DNA of 6,573 nt from assembly GCA_013416795.1 (NCBI GenBank), contig RQSC01001060.1, positions 1 through 6,573 on the forward strand. The letters run 5' to 3'. A model generated the notes under the pieces. That model saw nothing but the letters and a program-made list of their open reading frames with translations, ran no database searches and had not been told where the DNA came from. Origin of the DNA: Prasinococcaceae sp. CCMP 1430 (lineage: Eukaryota > Plantae > Prasinodermophyta). Made by a program: the position numbers and the translations under genes. Shown here piece by piece: positions 1-5,955 of this stretch; the stretch's first letter is position 1, and every line of letters starts with the position of its first letter.

Positions 1-173
1 AACTCCCACCACATCTCCTGCGCGTAAAGGCACTGGCCGTGCCTCGACCGGAAGAAGACCTCGCGCCCGCGCCGGGCCGCCTCTCGCCGCGAGACTCGGC
101 GGGCGGCCTCGAATGGGCCACGCGGAGGTGCACGCGGTCTCAGCGCGCGCTGGGGCGCCCCGTGGGCCCCGCG
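1..173 (-). CDS. Partial CDS (N-terminal part, continues off the left edge): putative glutathione S-transferase-like / thioredoxin-fold protein; 5' exon structure unresolved
   Basis: Not in the ORF track because the frame has no stop inside the window. Hand translation gives ...PPRGPFEAARRVSRREAARRGREVFFRSRHGQCLYAQEMWWE(L/F). The codons over 62-3 end in G/C in 19 of 20 cases. FRSRHGQCLYAQEMWWE aligns without gaps to my recollection of the cyanobacterial/algal GST N-domain motif YRDNHAWCPYCQKVWLW (R, H, C, Y, Q, W identical). Candidate acceptors are CCAG at 174 or 150; candidate starts are ATG 207 (GCCATGG context) or 348. Confidence 0.5.
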
Positions 174-420
174 CTGGCGCGGGGGTGGTGGTGTGGTGCA
201 CCCCCATGGCGTTTCGGCTGGGCCGCCGCGCCCCCCCGAGCCGGCGCCGCCAGGCTGGGTGCGCCCCGAACCCGAACGAACGCGCTGCGCGCCCAAAAGG
301 GGTCGAGGAGAGGGTTCCCGCGCGCGGAGTGGGCCGGGGAATGCGCATCCGGGCTCCAGTCGCCCAGCCGCAGCTGGGCGCACCGGTATCTTGTTCCAGT
401 GGTCCTGCTCGTTGAGGTGT

Positions 421-513
421 CCTCTTTCTCTTTCGTGGTCAGTTTGAACCCATCGTTCACTCGTCTTTGTTTCACTCCTCAGATTCAGATGCCGCCTTGT
501 TTTTCCCAGTGTT
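421..513. promoter_or_regulatory. T-rich, low-GC island between divergent genes; putative bidirectional promoter or nucleosome-depleted region
   Basis: About 47% GC over 421-510 (37 T versus 11 A on the + strand) against a much higher background. It lies between a minus-strand gene to the left and a plus-strand gene starting at 823. Function is inferred. Confidence 0.35.
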
Positions 514-696
514 CCCCCGCGGGCGCCGCGCGTCCGCCCGCCGCGTCTGTTGGGGTGGTGTGACTGGCGCGCAGATGTCGCGGCGCTCCGGCCTTCGAAC
601 GCGCGGGGCAGCGCGCGAGCGAGCGAGCGCGTGCGCGGCGGGGCGCGCGTGCCTCGTCTGAGTGACGCTGTGTGGCCGTGGGTGTCTATCTGTGGA

Positions 697-783
697 GCGC
701 GTGCGTGCGTGCGTGCGCGTGTGTGCCCGCGCGTGCGTGCGCGTGCGCGCCACAGGGCGAGCGCGCGCGCGCGCGCGCGCGCG
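697..783. repeat. Alternating purine-pyrimidine low-complexity tract: (GCGT)n/(GT)n blocks plus a perfect (GC)11G run
   Basis: Perfect R/Y alternation at 697-726 and 729-750; pure (GC)n at 761-783. Confidence 0.9.
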
Positions 784-822
784 GGTGCGCCACAGCGCGC
801 ACGCCGCCGCCCACCTGTCGTC

Positions 823-2297
823 ATGGCGTCCCCCGATCTTNCGATGCGCTTGGCGCCGAGCGCGTGCGCACAGCGGCCTTCGCGGCCGCGCTGCGCGCCG
901 CACAGGAGGACAACCGCGCGGCGCGCGGCGCGCAGCTCGCCGAGCTGCGCGCGGCCGCGGGTGATCTACGTGAGTACGCCGCCGCTGCGGCCATCGCGCG
1001 TGCGACGCAGCGCGTCACCGCCGCCGCTGCCAAGGCGCGCGGCAGGATGATGGCGAGCGACGCCGGCACGCAGACGCGACCCGTCCTGTGGACGCGGCCG
1101 ATGAATCCGCGCCGCGAGGAGAGGCGCAGGGGGCGGAGTGACGCACATGCGCGGCAACCGGTGACATCTTCAGTTCCTGGCTCCTCCCGCGCCCCTCCGC
1201 GAGCCTCCACCTCGCGCGGCAGCACCCGCGGCGGCGCGCGGCTGAGCACACCCGAGCATGTCTGGGGGCGCGAGCGCCTGCGCGTGCGCACGGAGAGCGC
1301 CCAGGCGACGGCGATGCCGGGGGTGGTGGGCGGCGATGTGGACCAATGCGACGGGACGGGGGGCGCCGCCGCGCAGAGCGTTGCCAAGGGCGCGGCGGAG
1401 GGGTCCCGCGCACCGCTCAGCACCCTGCGCGGGACGAACGGCTCTGCGCCTGCGTCTCCAGCGGCGCCCTTCGGCGAGCCCGAGCGGCGGCGTGCCGACG
1501 CGCGCGCGCGCGACGGGCATGCGTCGCCGTGGCACGCATCGCTGCTTCGTTCTGTGGATGCCATCGAGGACGCTGTTGAGATGGACGGCACGACCCGGGC
1601 GGTGCTGGGACCCGACGAAGGCGAGGCTGCACGTGCGACTAAGGAGGGGGAGGGCGCGGCGACAGGTGGTAGTTCGGCGGAGACCAGGGATCGAGAGGAA
1701 GAGGGAGCCGAGGTCGGGCTCTCACTCGGAACGCAGACTGACACGTGCGATGCTGGGGGCGGCGCGTTGGAGGACGTGGGGGGGGTGAGTGCCGCCACCA
1801 GCCCGGACACTCGTGCACGCGGGGGGGAGACGGTCTGCGCAGGCACCGACGACTCTGTGGCGGGCACTGGCGCAGGCTTCGCGGCCGCAGCCGCCCGCGA
1901 GCTGGCGCGGGGCGCGCGAGAAGCCTTCAGCGCGGGCGGCGACGTCGCGCTGCGTAAGGCGGCGCGGGCGCTGCGGCGGCAGCGGCTATACGTCGCGTTG
2001 GAACTCGACGCGCGCGCGGTCCGCGCGCTCTGCGGGGCTCTGCCGCCCGTGCGCTGGCAGGAAGGCTTGCGTGGCCTCGAACTGTGGACGAAGAGCGGGC
2101 GCTCAGGCAAGTTGCGGCGCGCGGGCTTCGTGGAACTTGAGCAGTGGCACGGGAGCGAGGAGGACTTTCCTGAGCTGGGCGAAGTGGTGGCGTCGCCAAC
2201 GGGCGGTGTCGTGCTGGCAGCACTCGCCGAAGGCAATACCATCCTCGAACACGCCGCTGCGTCGCTCCTATCCGCCGTCGATGTCGGGGACGCCTAG
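823..2297 (+). CDS. Hypothetical protein of about 490 aa: N-terminal Ala-rich helical/coiled-coil segment, long disordered linker with two TQT motifs, C-terminal globular-looking domain; apparent frameshift at N841
   Basis: ATG at 823 in a cgtcATGGCG context gives MASPDL. After the N at 841 the long coding-like frame is the one ending at TAG 2295-2297 (DALGAERVRTAAFAAALRAAQED...LLSAVDVGDA*). The track's GTG start at 672 translates the upstream repeat tract and is unlikely. No family confidently recognised. Confidence 0.65.
841..841. other. Ambiguous base (N), probably a placeholder for a small gap or indel
   Basis: Single n in the sequence, located exactly where the reading frame has to switch. 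Confidence 0.75.
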
Positions 2298-2417
2298 CGA
2301 ATGGTGCGCCGGGCTCCTTGAGGGCGCGGGCGCATGTGCGCTGAAAAGGCAGGGCACCGGTGGGAGGGCGGCGGCTTCCATCGCGCTCGCGATGGCCCCG
2401 TAGCATGCGTTCGCGCC

Positions 2418-2422
2418 TTACA
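2418..2422 (-). terminator. TGTAA polyadenylation-signal-like motif for the btaB-like gene
   Basis: + strand ttaca at 2418-2422 reads TGTAA on the minus strand, about 45 nt after the stop at 2468. TGTAA is the established near-upstream poly(A) element in Chlamydomonas and many chlorophytes. Confidence 0.5.
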
Positions 2423-2467
2423 GACAAGCGGGCACCGCTGCGCGAGCGCGTGCCGCTCCGACCGCTC

Positions 2468-3529
2468 TCACTCCTTCCGCCCCACGTAATAGTAGTACGG
2501 ACACCTGATGCAGCCAGGCACGTACGGGAAGTCGCCATAGTCGCGCATGTACTGCTCTTGCGTGGTCTTGGCGCGCAGCGTCTCGATGTGCTTGTCGCTG
2601 AGGTAGATGTGGTCACCCTTGAATGCCTGCGTCCGTTTCGTCGTTTTGGCAGAGGCGTCAGTTGTGGGTGTGAGCGCGCGAGCACAAACCAGCGCAAGCG
2701 AGAATGAGCACGGCGCAGCCAGGTCTCGCGACAGCCCCGAGGCGGGGCGCGGTCGTCGCACGCACCTTGACGAAAGCAGCGCGCATGAGCGGGTTCTGGT
2801 CGGGAGCGACGGTGAAATCGCACACGCACAGGCGACCGCCGGGCTTGAGCAGGCGAAGCGCGTTGTCGATTGCGTCTTGCCAGTTGGGGATCATGGTGAT
2901 TGCATAGCTGATGGTCACCACGTCCACGCTGCCCGCTGCAGGCAGGCCCTCGAGCTTGGGATCCGTCGCGTCGCCGCACACCACGTTCACGAGGTCTGAC
3001 CAGCCGTGCTGCTCCACACGCTTCTGGGCGATCGCCGCGAGCGACGGTGTCAGGTCCACAAGCACCACCTGATTGGTGTTCGATTTGTGGTGTCGGTGCG
3101 TTTCGTGGCGTTGGTGTCGTCGCCAGCGGGGGCGACCGAGGGTCGGGGGAGCGTGGATGGAGAGGGGTCAGCGCGAGGCGCAGGCATGCCACGGGATCGG
3201 AACGCGGGGAGAGGCGTGGCTTGAAGAGGGCGTGGCAAGGGGACGAAGGAAGAACGGAGCGGGGAGCAGCTGGCGACGTCCAGCGGCTGGCAGGTGCAGG
3301 GCGACACGGGCCCACGCACTTTGGAGAAGTTCCTGATGGCGTCGTCCACGCGGAAGTACTCCATGTTGGCGCCGGTCCCACCACCGAGATCAACCCACAC
3401 GCCGTCTTTGGGAGCGGGCATGTTGAGCATCATCGGCTTGCGGCCGTGCAGCATGCGATGACGGTACTGGTCGTACAGGTGCGCCTGGCTGTTGGAGTTG
3501 ATTGATCCGCACAGCGAGCGTGTGTGTGT

Positions 3530-3582
<53 letters not shown>

Positions 3583-3906
3583 CGTCAGCAAGGCGCGTTG
3601 TGCAATGATGGAGGTGATGAATGCCGCATTGTTGCGGGGTAGCGGCTGCGATCACTCAGGCAATGGCGACGGCTGCTGGGGCAGCGAGCGCAGTGGGCGC
3701 ATGCGTTTCCGTTGGCGCCCCTGCTGCTGCGCCAGGACGTACCGCTCGTAGAACGACTCGAGCTGGTCCTGGTGCGAGCCTCCGCTCTTGGGCCCATGCC
3801 ACCACATCGCCTTGAGCACCTCGAGATCATCGCTCAGCGACGATGGCGGCGCATACACCGTGCGCCTCACGCCGTCGGTCACCACCGTTGCCGGCGCGGG
3901 CGCCAT
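2468..3906 (-). CDS. btaB: Stand-alone BtaB-type SAM-dependent N-methyltransferase of betaine lipid (DGTS) synthesis, 4 exons, 264 aa
   Basis: Exons 3906-3743, 3488-3320, 3068-2766 and 2626-2468 (164+169+303+159 = 795 nt) join in frame through GT-AG introns. Spliced protein: MAPAPA...DDLEVLKAMWWHGPKSGGSHQDQLESFYERQAHLYDQYRHRMLHGRKPM...WVDLGGGTGANME...VVLVDLTPSL...VVCGDA...VTISYAITMIPNWQDAIDNALRLLKPGGRLCVCDF...GDFPYVPGCIRCPYYYYVGRKE*. It matches the N-terminal BtaB domain of Chlamydomonas BTA1 as I recall it (DDLTVLRHMWF, LESFYGPQAAAYD, WVDLGGGTG, FSYSLTMIP, GSIPYVPWLRAPYY). The start context is ggcgATGG. Confidence 0.92.
2627..2765 (-). other. Spliceosomal intron 3 of the btaB-like gene (139 nt, phase 0)
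   Basis: AAG|GTGCGT donor at 2765; ACTGAC branch-like motif with the A at 2658; GACGCAG| acceptor at 2627; restores ...AFVK-AFKGDH. Confidence 0.88.
3069..3319 (-). other. Spliceosomal intron 2 of the btaB-like gene (251 nt, phase 0)
   Basis: AAA|GTGCGT donor at 3319; CCAATCAG| acceptor at 3069; restores ...NFSK-VVLVDL. Confidence 0.88.
3489..3742 (-). other. Spliceosomal intron 1 of the btaB-like gene (254 nt, phase 2)
   Basis: GCG|GTACGT donor at 3742; CCAACAG| acceptor at 3489; restores ESFYE-R-QAHLYD, matching the family motif ESFYxxQAxxYD. Confidence 0.9.
3521..3579. repeat. (TG)5 microsatellite running into a G50 homopolymer (C50 on the transcript strand)
   Basis: tgtgtgtgtg at 3521-3530, uninterrupted G from 3530 to 3579. 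Confidence 0.95.
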
Positions 3907-4097
3907 CGCCGTGCGCAGGGGACCGTCGGGCGTCGGCGCCGCAGCGGATCCCGGGCGCTCCGCGGCGCGAGCGCGATGTGGTGCGCGCCCGTGCGCCCCA
4001 CGCCACCCCCTCCCTCCCTCTCAAGCCTCCTCCCTCGCCCTCTCCCTCATCAGGCCGCAACACCCCCTGCCAGTCCGCCGCCTCCCTCCGCTACTCA

Positions 4098-4124
4098 CCC
4101 CCCGCCCCCCACCCCACCCCGCCC
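4098..4124. other. Five closely spaced C tracts (G-quadruplex motif on the minus strand, i-motif on the plus strand)
   Basis: C6-g-C6-a-C4-a-C4-g-C3 with single-base loops. Confidence 0.6.
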
Positions 4125-4190
4125 ACAGATGCCACGCGCGCGCGCACCGATCGCCGGCTCTGCTCCATCCGTCGTTCCCGCCAGATCGCG

Positions 4191-4246
4191 AATTTGACGT
4201 TACCACATTGGGTTGGAGTTAAGGTTGATTTCATCAGGGTTCATTT
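4191..4246. promoter_or_regulatory. AT-rich island between the divergent btaB-like and SET genes; putative promoter region
   Basis: About 38% GC over 56 nt in a much higher-GC background, between head-to-head genes. Function is inferred. Confidence 0.35.
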
Positions 4247-4312
4247 GCCGGCCGGCGACGCGAGTGCGGGTGCTGTGCGCGCCCCCGGCGCGGGCGCCAC
4301 ACGCGCCGCCAG

Positions 4313-5908
4313 GAGAGGACGCGCGCGGACACGGGCGGGGGCGCGAGCGCGCCTGGCGGCCGGGAGGACCGCGGCCTGGGGGATGAGAAGCTGGCCGAGG
4401 CGGAGGCCGCGCTCGGTGGAGGCGTGCTGCGCGGCTGCGCCGTGCGCCGCGGCGCTTTGGGTCGGGGGCTCTTCGCATCCGGTGCAGCCGCAGCGAAGGC
4501 GGTGGGGTCCTCGGGGACAGGGCCCACCACAGCGCCACTGGTGGCGCTGCCCCTCTCCGGCGCGCTCGTCGTGCGCACGCTGGGCGCTCCCGAGCTCCTG
4601 CTACCGCCGCAGTCTGCACCTTCGTTTGCCTCCGCTTGCCGCGCGGCGCTTCCCCTTCCCCCTGCGCTCGCGCGCTATGCCGACGACGCGTCCGTGCCGC
4701 CAGGCGCGCGGCTAGCGCTGCTGCTGCTGTGGGCACGCCGTTGCGTCCCGGCGTGGCGCGCATATGCGGACGCGCTGCCTGCTGCCGGCGCGTTCTCCAC
4801 AGCCAACCACTGGAGCAAGGCGCAGCGCGTGCTGTGCTGCGACGCGCGGCTCGCGATGCGTGCGAGAGACGAGCGCCGCAAGCGCGCGGTAGCTGGAGAC
4901 GCGCTACGCGACGCCGCCACCGGCGTGGACAACTCCGGCGGCCTCGGCCTCGGCTCGCTCTCCGAGGCTGAGCCGGCGTGGGCGCTCGACATTGTTGCCA
5001 GCCGCGGCTTCAACCTCCGCGCGCCACCCGCGCCGTACGACTCTGTGGGCGACGAGAGCGCGTACGTGATGCTGGCGCCCTTCATGGACCTGGCGAACTG
5101 CCACCTCCGACCGAACGTCGAGGCGCGCATCGTGGCCTCGTCGACGGGCAAGGGGGAGCACGAGGCCAGCGGCGAGCATGAGTCCGCGCTCCTCGCGCTC
5201 GTGCCAGCGCCGGACGCCGCCGGGCCGCTTGCGCCAGGTGACGAGCTTCTGCAGAGCTACGGCCTCGGGGAGGACAACACAGCGCTGGCGCTTCACGGGG
5301 GCTTCACGCTCGAGGCCAACATCAACGACCGGTTGTCCGCGCGAGAGCTCGGCGTGCGCCGCGGCGGTCGCGTGGTCTTGAGCCAGCGCTTCCTGTCGCT
5401 CGGTGGGCGCGGGGCGGCTTTGGAAGCCGCGCGAGTTGATCGGGAGGAGGCACGAGCCGCGCCGGCGTGCGAGCGGCGGCGCCTCGCAGCCGTCGCGAGC
5501 GTCGCGTCCGCGGCTGCTGAGGCCTGGCGAGTCGGCTGCGGGGTCAACGAGAGCGCCGACTCGTCGTTCGGCCGAGCCACAGCGACGGCGTGGCGCCACG
5601 AGGCTGCGGCCGCGCGCGACATGTGCGACGGGGCGCGCCGCGCCCTCGAGGTCGCCGAGGCGCGCGCCAGACGTGCCCGCGCAGCACTTGGTGCTGCCGC
5701 CGCGAGTCGGACGAGCGCGGCGGGTGGTGCCGACGCCGCTCGCACTGCCGCTGCCGAGGCGTATGGCACCGAGCGCCGCGCGCTGCTGCAGGCGGCTGCC
5801 GAAGAGCTCAACGCGTACGTCGCCGAGGCCGAGGCCGAAGCTGATGCCGCCGAGGGCGCCAGTAACCGCAACGCGCGACGGCGGCGCCGCTGGCGCGCGC
5901 TCGCGTGA
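4313..5908 (+). CDS. SET-domain protein-lysine methyltransferase, Rubisco LSMT / SETD3-like class; 5' end unresolved
   Basis: The frame is open from 4229 to TGA 5906-5908. Ordered class motifs: GRGLFA, LALLLL, W..Y...LP, WALDIVASRGF, LAPFMDLAN(C)H, GDELLQSYG, N..LAL(H)GGF, then a helical C-terminal region. The start coordinate is set after a candidate CAG acceptor at 4310-4312. There is no in-frame ATG before the domain (the track's start at 4424 is GTG). Confidence 0.85.
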   Translation, partial: ERTRADTGGGASAPGGREDRGLGDEKLAEAEAALGGGVLRGCAVRRGALGRGLFASGAAAAKAVGSSGTGPTTAPLVALPLSGALVVRTLGAPELLLPPQSAPSFASACRAALPLPPALARYADDASVPPGARLALLLLWARRCVPAWRAYADALPAAGAFSTANHWSKAQRVLCCDARLAMRARDERRKRAVAGDALRDAATGVDNSGGLGLGSLSEAEPAWALDIVASRGFNLRAPPAPYDSVGDESAYVMLAPFMDLANCHLRPNVEARIVASSTGKGEHEASGEHESALLALVPAPDAAGPLAPGDELLQSYGLGEDNTALALHGGFTLEANINDRLSARELGVRRGGRVVLSQRFLSLGGRGAALEAARVDREEARAAPACERRRLAAVASVASAAAEAWRVGCGVNESADSSFGRATATAWRHEAAAARDMCDGARRALEVAEARARRARAALGAAAASRTSAAGGADAARTAAAEAYGTERRALLQAAAEELNAYVAEAEAEADAAEGASNRNARRRRRWRALA

Positions 5909-5945
5909 GCAGCGGGTGAGGATTGTGCAGCGGGGGGGGTCGACG

Positions 5946-5955
5946 TAATATAATA
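5946..5955. terminator. Short pure-AT patch (TAATATAATA) in the 104-nt gap between convergent genes; candidate shared 3'-processing element
   Basis: Ten consecutive A/T bases in GC-rich DNA, between the stops at 5908 (+) and 6013 (-). Confidence 0.35.

Noticed and set aside
3-207. Alternative minus frame from ATG 207 ending ...LPVEARPVPLRAGDVVGV
   Set aside because: It looks protein-like and has a good start context, but its last 20 codons have low GC3 (including TTA) whereas the GST-like frame has 19 of 20. The ATG may still be used with an intron.
39-563. Plus-strand ORFs 39-563, 113-415 and 193-447
   Set aside because: Arg/Pro/Ala-rich with no recognisable domain; they lie antisense to the better-supported GST-like frame and cross the AT island.
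672-822. N-terminal extension of the 541-aa ORF from GTG 672
   Set aside because: It translates the (GCGT)n/(GC)n repeat into RACA/RARA runs; ATG 823 is a better start.
970-1173. Possible in-frame intron (GTGAGT at 970 to CTTCAG at 1173)
   Set aside because: The frame is open through it with coding-like codon usage, and there is no A/C-rich 3' end or good branch motif. Not excluded without RNA data.
821-2242. 473-aa minus-strand ORF
   Set aside because: Ser/Ala/Pro-rich antisense shadow of the plus-strand gene, expected at this GC content.
1927-3393. 488-aa minus-strand ORF as a possible BtaA half or fusion partner
   Set aside because: It is out of frame with the btaB exons, runs through introns, is low-complexity and contains no BtaA motifs.
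3050-3751. Poly-Pro and poly-Gly ORFs (3050-3655 minus, 3524-3751 plus)
   Set aside because: Artefacts of translating the intronic G50 run; only the exon-2 portion of 3050-3655 is real.
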